Positions 1-11,146 of a stretch of 64,000 nt of DNA are shown in pieces. The notes under the pieces were generated by a model. That model had not been told where the DNA came from, searched no databases, and saw only the letters and a program-made list of their open reading frames with translations. Both the position numbers and the translations under genes were made by a program. This DNA is from Gammaproteobacteria bacterium (GTDB lineage: Bacteria > Pseudomonadota > Gammaproteobacteria > Ga0077554 > Ga007554), in assembly GCA_023266055.1 (NCBI GenBank), contig JAHFRW010000003.1, positions 202 through 64,201 of the forward strand, written 5' to 3'. Every line of letters begins with the position of its first letter. The first letter of the stretch is position 1.

Positions 1-84
1 TATTGGTTGGTGAGGGAGTTGGGGGAGCGGCATTATTTTGAGATGCCAGCCCTGTTGATGGTGTAAGTGCTAATCCAGTTTGCA

Positions 85-158
85 TAGGGCGCAATCGTTA
101 TTGCGCCGCATGAAAATATAAAGCATTCGATGCAATGCACTTTGTTTATTGAGCCCCT
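85..158. repeat. Degenerate REP/REPIN-like palindromic pair
   Basis: TAGGGCGCAATCGTTATTGCGCC hairpin at 85-107 and a degenerate inverted partner ending TTATTGAGCCCCT at ~158, downstream of the suf operon. Confidence 0.4.
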
Positions 159-194
159 GTGTCATTACCTTCATTATTCGAATGAAGGTGGTCA

Positions 195-515
195 TTAATC
201 CCAGCGATTATCCTGCACCTGTATTTCATTACCTTGCACGCGCACGGGAAAGATGGTGGTGGCTTCATAGGCCGGGGGGGTTAATGCCGTGCCGGTTTTA
301 ATGCAGAAGCGTGCACCGTGGCGTGGACAAATAATTTCGCCGCATTCGATTTTGCCGCCCGTGAGCAGCCCACCATCGTGGGTACATACGTCTTCAATCG
401 CGTAGTAGTCACCGTCAAGATGAAATATGGCAATTAACGTGCCGTCGATATCAACGATTTTAGGGGCGCCAGGGGTGATTTCACCCACGCTGGCAACGGT
501 AATCCAGTCAGCCAT
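195..515 (-). CDS. Rieske-type [2Fe-2S] ferredoxin (suf-associated)
   Basis: CTHD...CPRHGARF Rieske motifs; last gene of the suf cluster. Confidence 0.9.
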   Translation of the reverse strand: MADWITVASVGEITPGAPKIVDIDGTLIAIFHLDGDYYAIEDVCTHDGGLLTGGKIECGEIICPRHGARFCIKTGTALTPPAYEATTIFPVRVQGNEIQVQDNRWD

Positions 516-538
516 GTCATGTTCCCGGCAATGTTGAT

Positions 539-612
539 GAAGCTCTGATTTATTCCGTGCCTGTCATTTTGAGCACAGGCGACCGCCAGGAGTAGTGGTC
601 GGGAGAACTCCT
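539..612 (+). mobile_element. Partial MITE copy (left end of the 31061-31196 family)
   Basis: GAAGCTCTGATTTATTCC (539-556) is identical to 31065-31082 and is followed by TGTCATTTTGAGC, similar to TGTCATTTCGACC in the full copy. Confidence 0.6.
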
Positions 613-629
613 AGGGGTTTTGGCAAAAC

Positions 630-1187
630 CTATATCGCAATGACTTCAAGATCCGGTTCAATTCTATGTAATACACTTTCAATCGCATTCAGTGTTCCCG
701 CCAATGAGCTGGGGCAGGTGCCACAGGCGCCCTGGTAACGTATGGTGAGCTTGTCACCCATGAGTTCCACGACCTCCAGGCCGCCACCATCCGCAAACAG
801 GGCAGGGCGGATTTGTTGGTCGAGCAGATTGTTGATATCTTCGAGACGTTGCACATCTTCCGGCGCAACGCGCGTCTGGAAAGCACGGGCTTCTTCGGCA
901 TCTTTTGCGACCTGGGGCGCAGGCTCGGCGGCGCGGATCGGTGGGGCGAGATCCATGAGTAATTTGTCCCAGTAGCCCTGGCCATCCTGCGTTACCGTCA
1001 GCCAGCGATCGACATAAAATACATTGGTGATATGTGGCACGGCGAAGAGCGCGGCGGCGAGCGGATCATTGGCGGCCTGCTCGGCATTGTCAAACGAACG
1101 CGCGATGCCCCAGGTGAGCGCTTCTTTGAGTACAAAGCGCATGGCATTGGGGTTGGGTGTTTTTTCAATTTCAGCAATTTTTGGCAT
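630..1187 (-). CDS. Nfu/NifU-type Fe-S carrier (Nfu_N + NifU C-terminal domain)
   Basis: N-terminal TPNPNAMRF and C-terminal IRPALFADGG...YQGACGTCPSS (CxxC). Confidence 0.9.
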   Translation of the reverse strand: MPKIAEIEKTPNPNAMRFVLKEALTWGIARSFDNAEQAANDPLAAALFAVPHITNVFYVDRWLTVTQDGQGYWDKLLMDLAPPIRAAEPAPQVAKDAEEARAFQTRVAPEDVQRLEDINNLLDQQIRPALFADGGGLEVVELMGDKLTIRYQGACGTCPSSLAGTLNAIESVLHRIEPDLEVIAI

Positions 1188-1218
1188 AGTGACCTGACGT
1201 TACTTTTAAGTGCATCGC

Positions 1219-1677
1219 CTAAAAATCTTTTTCAGTGGATGTGCTGTTCATTTTCTTGAACGCGGCGTGTAATGTATGCCACGGCAAAATGGCGCATTTT
1301 ATCCGTGAGGGTAATTCACTGACACCTGCGAATACCGTCAGGCGTCCCAGATGGTGTGGTTGTGCATTCACATTCAGCTTGCCCGTTGCCATGTCACGGA
1401 ATTCCTGTATCAAGGTTTCAGCCTCGGCGACGGTTTTACCTTTAATCTGGCCGGTCATCATTGAAGCGGATGCTTTGCAGATGGCACAACTCTGTCCTTC
1501 AAAACTGATACCGGTGATGTATTCATCATCAATTTTCACATGAAGGGTAATGTGATCACCGCATACCGGGTTATGGCCTTCGGCGTGACGGTTAGCATTT
1601 TCAAGCACGCCAAAATTACGCGGCTTTTTATTGTGATCAAGAATCACTTCCTGATAGAGCGCACGTGGATCGTTCAT
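1219..1677 (-). CDS. sufU: SufU-type sulfur transfer/scaffold protein
   Basis: LYQEVILDH, NPVCGD, CAICKASAS, RIKCA motifs; directly after sufS. Confidence 0.9.
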   Translation of the reverse strand: MNDPRALYQEVILDHNKKPRNFGVLENANRHAEGHNPVCGDHITLHVKIDDEYITGISFEGQSCAICKASASMMTGQIKGKTVAEAETLIQEFRDMATGKLNVNAQPHHLGRLTVFAGVSELPSRIKCAILPWHTLHAAFKKMNSTSTEKDF

Positions 1678-1729
1678 ATGAAGCGTCGCGGGTGATTATC
1701 CATAACAGGATGTGCATGAGACATTTTCA

Positions 1730-3013
1730 TCAGGAGAATACCTTTTTCACCGCATGAATTCCTGCAATCAGCGCATCCACTTCTTCAAAGGTGTTATAAA
1801 AGGCAAACGATGCCCGTGCCGTAGCAGGGATGCCAAAACGCTGCATGACCGGTTGCGCGCAATGATGCCCCGCACGTACGGCAATGCCGTCTTGATCAAG
1901 CAGGGTGCCAATGTCGTGTGGATGTATGTCATCCAGAGTAAACGACAACACAGCGGCTTTATGTTGCGCTGTGCCAATAATATTCAAGCCCTGAATGTTG
2001 CGTGCCGCGTGTGTTGCATGTTCCAGCAAGGCGTGTTCATGGGCTGCAATGTTATCCAATCCAACGGCAGTGATATAGTCAATAGCCGCGCCCAGGCCGA
2101 TCCCTGCCGCAATGGCAGGTGTGCCTGCCTCGAACTTGTGCGGTATGTCGTTATAGGTAGTGCATTCAAAGGTGACATTTAATATCATGTCACCACCACC
2201 TTGGTAAGGCTGCATTTTTTCCAGTAACGCGGCTTTGCCATACAGGATGCCCACTCCGGTGGGGCCACACATTTTATGGCTGGAAAATACATAAAAATCA
2301 CAATCCAGCGCCTGCACGTTTACCGCAATGTGTGGTGCGGCTTGTGCGCCATCCAGCAATACTGGCACACCCTGTTGATGCGCGGTGGCGATCATCTCGT
2401 GTACCGGGTTGATAGTGCCGAGTGCATTGGAGACGTGGGTCAAGGCAACAAATTTCGTGCGGGCGTTGAATAGTTTGGCATATTCATCCAGCAGTAACTC
2501 ACCAACATCATTCATGGGAATCACGCGCAGCTTGGCTTTCTTTTCTTCACACAGCATTTGCCACGGTACAATATTGGAATGATGTTCCATGGCAGAGATG
2601 ATGACTTCATCACCTTCGCCAATAAAACGGCGGCCATAGCCGTGCATGATCAGATTGATGCCTTCGGTGGCACCGCGCACAAAGATAATTTCACGGGCTT
2701 CCTGAGCGCCAATAAAATGCATTGCCTTGATGCGAGCATTTTCATATTCGGTCGTTGCCGCTTGACTCAGGGTGTGTACACCTCGGTGTATGTTGGCATG
2801 TTCATGGGCCTGGTAGTGTACCAGACGGTTGATGACTTGTTGCGGCATCTGACTGCTGGCGGCATTGTCCAGGTATACCAGGGGTTTGCCATTAATGCTG
2901 CGCTGCAGGATCGGAAAATCCGCGCGCAGACGTGCGAGGTTGAATGTCGATGACGTGTCAGTCGTGGCAAGTGTCTCTGGAAATGCGGCCTGATTTTTGA
3001 TGTGGGCGTTCAT
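1730..3013 (-). CDS. sufS: Cysteine desulfurase SufS
   Basis: VYLDNAASSQ, SSHKMCGPTG (PLP lysine), RAGHHCAQP. Confidence 0.97.
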   Translation of the reverse strand: MNAHIKNQAAFPETLATTDTSSTFNLARLRADFPILQRSINGKPLVYLDNAASSQMPQQVINRLVHYQAHEHANIHRGVHTLSQAATTEYENARIKAMHFIGAQEAREIIFVRGATEGINLIMHGYGRRFIGEGDEVIISAMEHHSNIVPWQMLCEEKKAKLRVIPMNDVGELLLDEYAKLFNARTKFVALTHVSNALGTINPVHEMIATAHQQGVPVLLDGAQAAPHIAVNVQALDCDFYVFSSHKMCGPTGVGILYGKAALLEKMQPYQGGGDMILNVTFECTTYNDIPHKFEAGTPAIAAGIGLGAAIDYITAVGLDNIAAHEHALLEHATHAARNIQGLNIIGTAQHKAAVLSFTLDDIHPHDIGTLLDQDGIAVRAGHHCAQPVMQRFGIPATARASFAFYNTFEEVDALIAGIHAVKKVFS

Positions 3014-4344
3014 ACCACTTCCCCTACCTGACTGGAAACTTTCTGGCTCAAGCGTTGTTTGAGTGAGTTTACCGGAACCTTGTCAATGATTGCTTCGGCA
3101 AAAGCGTAGATCAGCAGATTACGGGCTGTATTGGCATTCAGGCCACGGCTGTTCAGGTAAAACATTTCTTCAGTTTCAAGCTGGCTAACAGTTGCGCCAT
3201 GTGCGCATTTCACATCATCGGCAAAAATTTCAAGTTGTGGCTTGGTGTCGACACGTCCCTTGTTTGACAGTAGCAGGTTGCGGCTGCTTTGTGTGGAGTG
3301 AGTGTGTTGTGCATCCTTACGGACAAAGATTTTGCCATTGAAAATCGCATGCGCGCCACCATCGACAATGCACTTGTGCAGTTGTGCGCTGTTGCCGTTG
3401 GGTTGAGTGTGATCCATCACGGTGTGCGTGTCGGCCATTTGTCGGCCAGAGATCAATACCAATCCGTTCAATGTGCAGTTTGCACCTTCGGCGTTCTGAA
3501 TGATGTTCAGGTTATAACGCGACAGGCGTGCACCAAAGGTAATGCTGTTCGAGTCATAAACGCTGTTGTGGCTCAGATGTATTGCCGCATGGCCTACATG
3601 GAAAGCCGAAGATGATTCGCGCTGTAAACGCGTGTGCCGTACTATGGCATTTTCGGCGATTACGATTTCTGTGACAGCATTGGTGAAATATGTGGATGCT
3701 GTGCGGGTGGTGGACAGGTGCACATAATCCTCAATGAGGGTGCACTCGCTGCCGGGCTCAGCCACTATCAGGCAGCGTGGAAAGGTGGCTACAGGGGTTG
3801 TGCTTGCAGTACTGACAAACAACACGTGCAAGGGCGTTGCGCAGGCAGTATTTTTGCCGAGTACGACCAATGCACCATCGTGTGCATGGCTGGTATTAAG
3901 CGCCACAAATGCTTCATTCTGGAAGGTGGCATATTGGGCCAGATGCGTACGCAGGGTTTCGCTGGCCAGTCCTGCGGTAAACGTGGTGACTATTACCCCT
4001 TGCGGTAAAGAGGACGATGATAAATGTTGCGCATGGACGCCGTTAACAAACACCAGTCGGCCATGAGTGGCTTCGGGCAGCAGAAACGGTGCGATATCAG
4101 CCGTCGTTAATGTGGCGGCGGCAATGGCCGGGGCAAACGTGGTTTTGCACATCAATGAAAAATCACTGAAACGCCACTCTTCATCACGCGTGGTGGGAAA
4201 GGGTAATGCGCGTACACGTTGCGCCGCATCGGCGCGCAGTGCGGTGAGCCATTCAGGGGTGGCCGTTTGCGCAGTAACGGTGGCTGGCAGCAAACCGGTG
4301 AGGTAACTGTCATGTGATGTAACGGATTGCATGACTGCGCTCAT
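3010..4344 (-). CDS. sufD: Fe-S assembly protein SufD
   Basis: [28 protein letters not shown]. Confidence 0.95.
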   Translation of the reverse strand: MSAVMQSVTSHDSYLTGLLPATVTAQTATPEWLTALRADAAQRVRALPFPTTRDEEWRFSDFSLMCKTTFAPAIAAATLTTADIAPFLLPEATHGRLVFVNGVHAQHLSSSSLPQGVIVTTFTAGLASETLRTHLAQYATFQNEAFVALNTSHAHDGALVVLGKNTACATPLHVLFVSTASTTPVATFPRCLIVAEPGSECTLIEDYVHLSTTRTASTYFTNAVTEIVIAENAIVRHTRLQRESSSAFHVGHAAIHLSHNSVYDSNSITFGARLSRYNLNIIQNAEGANCTLNGLVLISGRQMADTHTVMDHTQPNGNSAQLHKCIVDGGAHAIFNGKIFVRKDAQHTHSTQSSRNLLLSNKGRVDTKPQLEIFADDVKCAHGATVSQLETEEMFYLNSRGLNANTARNLLIYAFAEAIIDKVPVNSLKQRLSQKVSSQVGEVV

Positions 4345-5105
4345 GCATGCACCCAGTCGTAGCCGCGCGTTTCAAGCTCCAGTGCCAGTGCCTTGTCGCC
4401 GGTTTTGATAATCTGTCCGCCGCGCATCACATGCACAAAGTCAGGGGCAATGTAATTAAGCAGGCGTTGGTAATGCGTGACCATGATCACGGCATTGTTG
4501 GTGGTCATGAGTTTGTTCACGCCATTTGCCACAATGCGTAACGCGTCAATGTCCAGGCCGGAGTCGGTTTCATCAAGTATGGCCAGTGTGGGATCAAGCA
4601 CAGCCATTTGCAAAATTTCGTTGCGTTTCTTTTCGCCGCCGGAGAAGCCTTCGTTGACGTTGCGATCGAGAAAGCTTGGGTCCATTTCCACGATTTTGGA
4701 TTTTTCACGGATGTAGTCATTGAATTCCAGTGGGTCAAGGTCTTCGCCACCACGTCGTGCCTGCAATGTGTTGTACGCCAGGCGCAAAAAGGCGCTGTTA
4801 CTGACGCCAGGAATTTCAATGGGGTACTGGAAGGCCAGAAATACTCCCGCATGCGCACGTTCTTCCGGAGGCAGTTCCAGCAGATTTTTGCCCTGAAACA
4901 TAACGTCACCGCCGGTGACGGTATAACTGGGATGCCCGGCCAGCACTTTTGAAAGTGTGCTCTTGCCGGAACCATTAGGCCCCATGATGGCGTGTACTTC
5001 GCCTGCACGTACGGTCAGGTTGATGCCCTTGAGGATATCTACACCTGCGACAGAGGCTGAGAGGTTACGTACTTCCAGAATTACTTTGCTGCTACTGCTG
5101 ATCAC
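4341..5105 (-). CDS. sufC: Fe-S assembly ATPase SufC
   Basis: [32 protein letters not shown]. Confidence 0.97.
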   Translation of the reverse strand: MISSSSKVILEVRNLSASVAGVDILKGINLTVRAGEVHAIMGPNGSGKSTLSKVLAGHPSYTVTGGDVMFQGKNLLELPPEERAHAGVFLAFQYPIEIPGVSNSAFLRLAYNTLQARRGGEDLDPLEFNDYIREKSKIVEMDPSFLDRNVNEGFSGGEKKRNEILQMAVLDPTLAILDETDSGLDIDALRIVANGVNKLMTTNNAVIMVTHYQRLLNYIAPDFVHVMRGGQIIKTGDKALALELETRGYDWVHA

Positions 5106-6538
5106 CCGACACTTCCTTCTAATTTAAGCCCTAGCAATTGTGTTGCCTCAACAGCGAATTCCATTGGCAAGTGATTGAACACTTCCTTGCAGAAACCGTT
5201 GATGATCATGGATACGGCTTCTTCTGCGCCGATGCCGCGACTGGCGAAATAAAACATCTGATCTTCACCGATGCGTGATGTGGATGCCTCGTGTTCTACC
5301 TTGGCAGTGCTGTTGTGCACTTCGATGTAAGGGAAGGTGTTGGCGCCACATGTTGCGCCAATTAACATCGAATCACATTGCGAGTAATTGCGCGCGTCGT
5401 CGGCTTTGGCGCTGACTTTGACCAGGCCACGATAGCTGTTGTTGGATTGCCCTGCGGAAATACCTTTGCTGACAATGCGACTGCGGGTATTTTTGCCGAT
5501 GTGGATCATCTTGGTGCCGGTGTCGGCCTGTTGATGGTGGTTGGTGAGTGCCACGGAATAAAATTCACCAATCGAATTGTCGCCGATCAGCACACAACTT
5601 GGGTATTTCCAGGTGATTGCCGAGCCGGTTTCGACTTGGGTCCAGGAGATTTTGGAGTTCACGCCCTGACATAGACCCCGTTTGGTCACGAAGTTGTAAA
5701 TGCCGCCTACGCCGTTTTCATCGCCGGCGTACCAGTTTTGTACGGTGGAATATTTGATTTCGGCATGGTCGAGCGCGACCAGCTCTACCACGGCCGCATG
5801 TAACTGATTGGTGTCGAAGCGTGGCGCAGTGCAGCCTTCCAGATAGCTCACATAGCTGCCTTCTTCGGCGACAATGAGGGTGCGTTCGAATTGCCCGGAT
5901 TCACCGTTGTTGATGCGGAAGTAGGTGCTCAAATCCATCGGGCAGCGGCAGCCTTTGGGGATGTAACAGAATGAACCGTCAGTGAAGACGGCAGAATTGA
6001 GCGCCGCGTAAAAATTGTCACCGGTGGGCACGACACTGCCGAGGTATTTTTTGACAAGTTCGGGGTGTTGCTTGACGGCCTCGGAGAACGAGCAAAAAAT
6101 CACGCCGACTTCAGCCAGTTTGTCTTTATAGGTGGTGGTTACCGAGACGCTGTCAAAGATGACGTCCACCGCTACATTTGCCAGCGCCTTGCGTTCTGAC
6201 ATGGGTACGCCGAGTTTTTCAAAGGTGCGTAACAGTTCCGGATCTACCTCGTCCATGCTCGCCAGTTTTTTCCTGGGCTTGGGTGCGGAGTAGTAGACCA
6301 TGTCCTGAAAGTCAACCTTCGGGTGCGCGACATTCGCCCATTCGGGGGGGGTAAGTGTCAGCCAATGGCGGTAGGCGTTAAGGCGGAATTCCAGCAGCCA
6401 GTCCGGCTCGTTTTTTTTACTGGAAATCAACCGTATAACGTCTTCGTTCAGGCCCTTGGGGAGGGCGTCGGATTCAATATCCGTGACAAAGCCGTACTCA
6501 TAGGGCCGGTTGATCAACGTTTCCAGCGCTGAGCTCAT
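5102..6538 (-). CDS. sufB: Fe-S assembly protein SufB
   Basis: [36 protein letters not shown]. Confidence 0.97.
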   Translation of the reverse strand: MSSALETLINRPYEYGFVTDIESDALPKGLNEDVIRLISSKKNEPDWLLEFRLNAYRHWLTLTPPEWANVAHPKVDFQDMVYYSAPKPRKKLASMDEVDPELLRTFEKLGVPMSERKALANVAVDVIFDSVSVTTTYKDKLAEVGVIFCSFSEAVKQHPELVKKYLGSVVPTGDNFYAALNSAVFTDGSFCYIPKGCRCPMDLSTYFRINNGESGQFERTLIVAEEGSYVSYLEGCTAPRFDTNQLHAAVVELVALDHAEIKYSTVQNWYAGDENGVGGIYNFVTKRGLCQGVNSKISWTQVETGSAITWKYPSCVLIGDNSIGEFYSVALTNHHQQADTGTKMIHIGKNTRSRIVSKGISAGQSNNSYRGLVKVSAKADDARNYSQCDSMLIGATCGANTFPYIEVHNSTAKVEHEASTSRIGEDQMFYFASRGIGAEEAVSMIINGFCKEVFNHLPMEFAVEATQLLGLKLEGSVG

Positions 6539-6754
6539 CGCGGTTCTCCTGTTTCAGGGATGGGGATTATCCTGTGAAACTTAAGATAAATCATGTGGTT
6601 AATTTTATGATGTCCCAGGTTGTCAATGCCAAGAGGTGTTTAAGGTAAAGCCATGATGACTATTTACAAACGACAGCCAAATCAATCTATATTACAATAA
6701 GACCAGGGTTTTTGCTTGTCCGAGGACATCTGCTTTAAAATGATACAAGGCATA

Positions 6755-6779
6755 ATACCATAGTAAAACACTCAGATAT
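6755..6779. promoter_or_regulatory. Candidate IscR/Rrf2-type operator upstream of sufB
   Basis: 25-bp imperfect palindrome ATACCATAGTAAAACACTCAGATAT with the same layout as the IscR type-1 box, in the AT-rich sufB/lptE divergent spacer. Confidence 0.45.
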
Positions 6780-6877
6780 TATTTTAGTTAACCTGACCCG
6801 TTTAGTCAAATAGTGTTGTGGGTCGGGGTGGGCAGGATGATGGCTTCAAAGTATAACATGGAAAGGCACATTTAAGA

Positions 6878-7384
6878 TTGATGAATAAGCGTTTTTTGAT
6901 TGGTTGGCTGATGTTGGGGTGTGCCCTGTTGACCCTGTCGGGGTGTGGTTTCCGGCTGCGTGGGGGCAGTGGTGTGGTGTTGGCGATGCCCGCCACTTAT
7001 GTGGCAGGTGATGCCGCCAGTGCCGCATTGCTGTCTGATCTGCGCCGCAGTCTGCGTGATGCGGGTGTGGTGCTGGTGGAGAGGCGAGAGGATGGTCGAG
7101 CAGTGCTCACCGTTACAGGTGAGGAAAAGGGGCGTCGGGTATTATCGGTGGGCAGCGCTGGCACGGTGCAGGAATATGAGTTGCGCTATGCAGTGACTTT
7201 TGCTGTCGCTGATCACGCTGGCCAGGAAATCCTGCCGACACAAACGGTGGAGCGACTGCGCGCGGTGTCCTTCAGCGAAACCCAGGTGCTTGCCAAGGGT
7301 ACCGAGGAAGAATTGCTGTACCGTGATTTGCGCCGTGATGTGGTGCAGAGCGTGGTGCGGCGTTTGAGTGCGGTGGGTAAATGA
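6878..7384 (+). CDS. lptE: LPS assembly lipoprotein LptE
   Basis: Lipobox LSGCGFRLRG, EYELRY; overlaps holA. Confidence 0.92.
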   Translation: MMNKRFLIGWLMLGCALLTLSGCGFRLRGGSGVVLAMPATYVAGDAASAALLSDLRRSLRDAGVVLVERREDGRAVLTVTGEEKGRRVLSVGSAGTVQEYELRYAVTFAVADHAGQEILPTQTVERLRAVSFSETQVLAKGTEEELLYRDLRRDVVQSVVRRLSAVGK

Positions 7385-8415
7385 AGCTTAAACCTGATCA
7401 ACTTAAAAGCCATTTAACCAAAGCCCATGCCAGCGGTATGGTGCCAGTTTATCTGGTGAGTGGTGATGAGCCGCTGCAGGTCGGGGAGGCCTGTGATTTG
7501 ATTCGCAGCCATGCCCGCGAACTGGGATACGCCGGGCGTGAGGTGATGCACGTTGATACCGGATTTGACTGGAGTGCGTTGCATGCGGCTGCTAACAGTT
7601 TGTCGCTGTTCAGTGAGCAACGCATTATTGAGCTGCGCCTGCCCACTGGCAAGGCAGGTGATGCCGGTAGCAAGGCATTGGTGGAATATGCACAACGCCC
7701 CGCAGATGACGCTGTGTTGTTGATGATCACCGGCAAGCTTGATAAGGCAGTAATGTCGAGCAAGTGGGTGGGTGCGCTGGATAAGGTGGGGGTGATAGTG
7801 CAGGTGTGGCCTGTTGAAGCACGGCAGTTACCTGCCTGGATCACCCAGCGCATGCGTGTCAGGGGCATGCAGCCAGACACGGAGGGGGTGGCCCTGTTGG
7901 CGGAGCGCGTGGAAGGCAATTTACTTGCGGCTGATCAGGAGATTGAAAAGTTGTTTTTGCTGCACGGTGCGGGGCAGATTAATGCTCGTGCGATTGCCGA
8001 AGCGGTCGTGGTCAGTGCGCGATTTGATGTTTATGGCTTGGTGGACAGTGCATTAGCAGGTGATGGTACGCGGGCGGTGCGGGTGCTGAAGGGTTTGCAG
8101 AGTGAAGGCGTTGAGCCGGTGCTGGTGCTGTGGGCACTGGCACGCGAAATTCGCAGTCTCACGGAAATGGCCTATGAGATACATGCAGGTGCTGCCGTTG
8201 ACCGGGTGATGGCTGCTCACCGGGTGTGGGACGCGCGCAAGTCGCTGATCAAGGGTGGTTTGAAGCGCAATGGCCTGCCGCAATGGCAGGCCATGTTACG
8301 CCACGCCGGTCAGATAGATCGTATCATTAAGGGCGTAACGCCAGGCAATGTCTGGGATGAAATGCTGCAACTGGCATTATTGATGGCAGGGATACCGTTT
8401 CTGGTAAAAGTCTGA
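7381..8415 (+). CDS. holA: DNA polymerase III delta subunit
   Basis: YLVSGDEPL, SLSLFSE, EGNLLAADQEIEKL. Confidence 0.95.
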   Translation: MKLKPDQLKSHLTKAHASGMVPVYLVSGDEPLQVGEACDLIRSHARELGYAGREVMHVDTGFDWSALHAAANSLSLFSEQRIIELRLPTGKAGDAGSKALVEYAQRPADDAVLLMITGKLDKAVMSSKWVGALDKVGVIVQVWPVEARQLPAWITQRMRVRGMQPDTEGVALLAERVEGNLLAADQEIEKLFLLHGAGQINARAIAEAVVVSARFDVYGLVDSALAGDGTRAVRVLKGLQSEGVEPVLVLWALAREIRSLTEMAYEIHAGAAVDRVMAAHRVWDARKSLIKGGLKRNGLPQWQAMLRHAGQIDRIIKGVTPGNVWDEMLQLALLMAGIPFLVKV

Positions 8416-8423
8416 AATCCGGT

Positions 8424-9431
8424 TTATTGCTCGACCAGTTCCACGCGCCGGTTTTTTGCTCGGCCGGTATCGCTGCTGTTGCTTGCCACGGGTGAAATAT
8501 TCGCAGCCCCTTTAGCGGCAAGACGTTTGGCGTCAATCCTGTAGTCTTTAACCAGCGTTGCAACCACCGCCTCCGCACGGCGTTGTGATAGCGTGACGTT
8601 AGCATCGTAGGCACCCTGATTATCAGTGTGGCCCACAATAAATACTTTAAGCGCGGCGTTCTGTTTTAGAAACTTTCCCATCTCGTCCAGTTGTGCCTTG
8701 GATTCAGGTTTGACATCGGATTTGCCCGTATCAAAGAAAATGCCGTATAGCGATATTTTTCCTTCTGTGTTTAACCCCGATGCGATCTTTGCAGCATCAA
8801 ATACGGCAACCTTGCCAGTGTCCATCACTTTGGGTTCGACAATTTGCAGGGCCGTCGAAGCGCGTCCGCCAAAGGTTTTAATATCTGTCGGAATGTCCAT
8901 TGAATAGACGGTGATATAGGTGTCCGCACCCCCACGTGACAGCCGAAAGACTGACAGGCGAAGGTTTCGAGAGAGTGAAGAGAATGCTTCATAAGTTGAA
9001 TGGCCACCGATCTGCTGGTTATACGGTACGACGCCATTCAGCAAGGTTTCTGTGGCGGGGCCACCAGGACTATAGCACCCCCAGTCGTCGACGGAGCAAC
9101 TGTGCATGAGTACGGCGCCTGCCTGTTTGAGCGCGGTTTCGTAGTTGCGTTGTACTTCCAGTGCTGTACGGCCCTTGGGTGATTGGTAATACAGTTCGGT
9201 GAGTTCACCCTCCACGGCAAAATCCCGACGCAGCTTTTTTTTCTGTGCGATGTCATCGGTCAGCATCGTAAAAGGCTTGATTTCGGCATAGGGTACGGCA
9301 TGCCAGGCGATGAGCTGTGAATCGGTATAACGGGAAATCAGCGGATGATCTTTTCCGCCTTTGACATCCTGAGCCTGTGCAATGGCTGCAAAAGCGAACA
9401 ATAACAGGGTGGCGATGGCTCTGACCGACAT
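8424..9431 (-). CDS. OmpA-family peptidoglycan-binding protein with DUF4892-like N-terminus
   Basis: Signal peptide from ATG 9431 (RBS CAGGAG), DHPLISRY, C-terminal FDTGKS...GHTD...LSQRRA...NRRVE. Confidence 0.85.
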   Translation of the reverse strand: MSVRAIATLLLFAFAAIAQAQDVKGGKDHPLISRYTDSQLIAWHAVPYAEIKPFTMLTDDIAQKKKLRRDFAVEGELTELYYQSPKGRTALEVQRNYETALKQAGAVLMHSCSVDDWGCYSPGGPATETLLNGVVPYNQQIGGHSTYEAFSSLSRNLRLSVFRLSRGGADTYITVYSMDIPTDIKTFGGRASTALQIVEPKVMDTGKVAVFDAAKIASGLNTEGKISLYGIFFDTGKSDVKPESKAQLDEMGKFLKQNAALKVFIVGHTDNQGAYDANVTLSQRRAEAVVATLVKDYRIDAKRLAAKGAANISPVASNSSDTGRAKNRRVELVEQ

Positions 9432-9853
9432 TGTAAGCTCCTGATAGTCTGACGTTGTAATTCTAATGTGGTACGCGCTACCCAAACAGCGGGTGGATTC
9501 TGTTGTATAGTTGTGTAGAAGAAGTGCCCGATTTTAGCAGACATTTTTTACTACTGCCAGATTAGGTGGTGACGTGGGGGATATCGCCTGACGGTGTTCT
9601 TGCATTACCCTGACGGTTGTTTTTATGGGGTCTGGTATTCTGGTATTTTTAAAAACCACCCCGTTTAAAAGAGCTATTGGATGTTATAAAAATATTAAAT
9701 TTCAATGAGCTGTGTTTATCCGTCGTGATTTTGAATGACGTTTTCAGGGTGGAAATGTGCTACTCTATGCGTTTTTATCATGAAAATTATCAGGGTAGGG
9801 CTGTTCACTGTATAAAGTGGTGATGGAATCAATAAAGGAGCGCAAGTGCATTT

Positions 9854-11113
9854 ATGGCGACTATTAAAGATTACATGCTGGAGGTAGGAACACGTGCCAG
9901 GGTGGCGGCGCGCCAGTTAGGTCGTGCCGACACCGGGAGCAAAAATGCCGCGCTGCACGCCATGGCGGATGCGCTGCAAGAGCAGGCACCAGCGTTAATC
10001 AGTGCCAATGCCAGGGATCTACAGGCAGGTAAGGACGGTGGTCTGGACGCCGCCATGCTGGATCGTCTGACGCTCAACGAATCGCGCATTGCGCTGATGG
10101 CCGAAGGCTTGCGGCAAATCGCCGCGCTGGCGGATCCGGTGGGCGAAATCACGGGGTTGAAATATCAGCCCTCCGGCATTCAGGTGGGTCATATGCGGAT
10201 GCCGTTGGGAGTGATTGGCATTATTTATGAGTCACGCCCCAATGTCACGGCGGATTCTGCCGCGTTGTGCCTGAAGTCGGGTAATGCTGCGATTTTGCGT
10301 GGCGGTTCGGAGGCCATTCATTCCAACAAGGCGATTGCCGCCTGTATTCAGCTTGGACTAAGTCGTGCCGGATTACCAGCGGATGCAGTACAGGTGGTTG
10401 AAACGACGGATCGTGCGGCGGTGGGTGAATTGATCCGTCTGCGTGGTTATGTGGATGTCATCGTGCCCCGGGGTGGCAAGGGTTTGATAGAGCGTGTCAG
10501 CAAGGAAGCTCTGGTGCCGGTAATCAAGCATCTGGATGGCATTTGCCATGTCTACATTGATGACAAGGCGGATGTGAGCAAAGCCCTCAAGGTTGCGTAT
10601 AACGCCAAAACACAGCGTTATGGCACGTGTAACACCATGGAAACGTTGCTGGTGGCAGAGCCTATTGCCGCACGTGTGTTGCCTGAGCTGGCCCGCATGT
10701 ATCGTGCGGTGGATGTGGAGTTGCGTGGCTGTGCACGTACCCGCGATATTTTACCGGAATGCAAGGTGGCGACAGAAGAGGACTGGAAGACGGAATATCT
10801 TGCGCCCATTTTATCGATACGTGTGGTGGCCGATCTGGATGAGGCGATAGACCACATTCAGACCTATAGTTCTGCCCATACCGATTCGATTGTTACCGAA
10901 GACTTCACCCGTGCACGGCGTTTTCTGCGTGAAGTAGATTCTGGCTCGGTGATGGTAAATACCTCTACCCGACTGGCGGATGGGTTTGAATATGGTTTGG
11001 GTGCCGAAATCGGTATCAGTAACGACAAGCTGCACGTACGTGGCCCGGTGGGTCTGGAAGGGCTTACCAGCCAGAAATTTGTGGTGCTGGGTGATGGACA
11101 TGTCAGAGGTTAG
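9854..11113 (+). CDS. proA: Gamma-glutamyl phosphate reductase
   Basis: [34 protein letters not shown]. Confidence 0.97.
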   Translation: MATIKDYMLEVGTRARVAARQLGRADTGSKNAALHAMADALQEQAPALISANARDLQAGKDGGLDAAMLDRLTLNESRIALMAEGLRQIAALADPVGEITGLKYQPSGIQVGHMRMPLGVIGIIYESRPNVTADSAALCLKSGNAAILRGGSEAIHSNKAIAACIQLGLSRAGLPADAVQVVETTDRAAVGELIRLRGYVDVIVPRGGKGLIERVSKEALVPVIKHLDGICHVYIDDKADVSKALKVAYNAKTQRYGTCNTMETLLVAEPIAARVLPELARMYRAVDVELRGCARTRDILPECKVATEEDWKTEYLAPILSIRVVADLDEAIDHIQTYSSAHTDSIVTEDFTRARRFLREVDSGSVMVNTSTRLADGFEYGLGAEIGISNDKLHVRGPVGLEGLTSQKFVVLGDGHVRG

Positions 11114-11146
11114 GGCGTAGATGATGGGCGGAGTATCCCCGCACGC

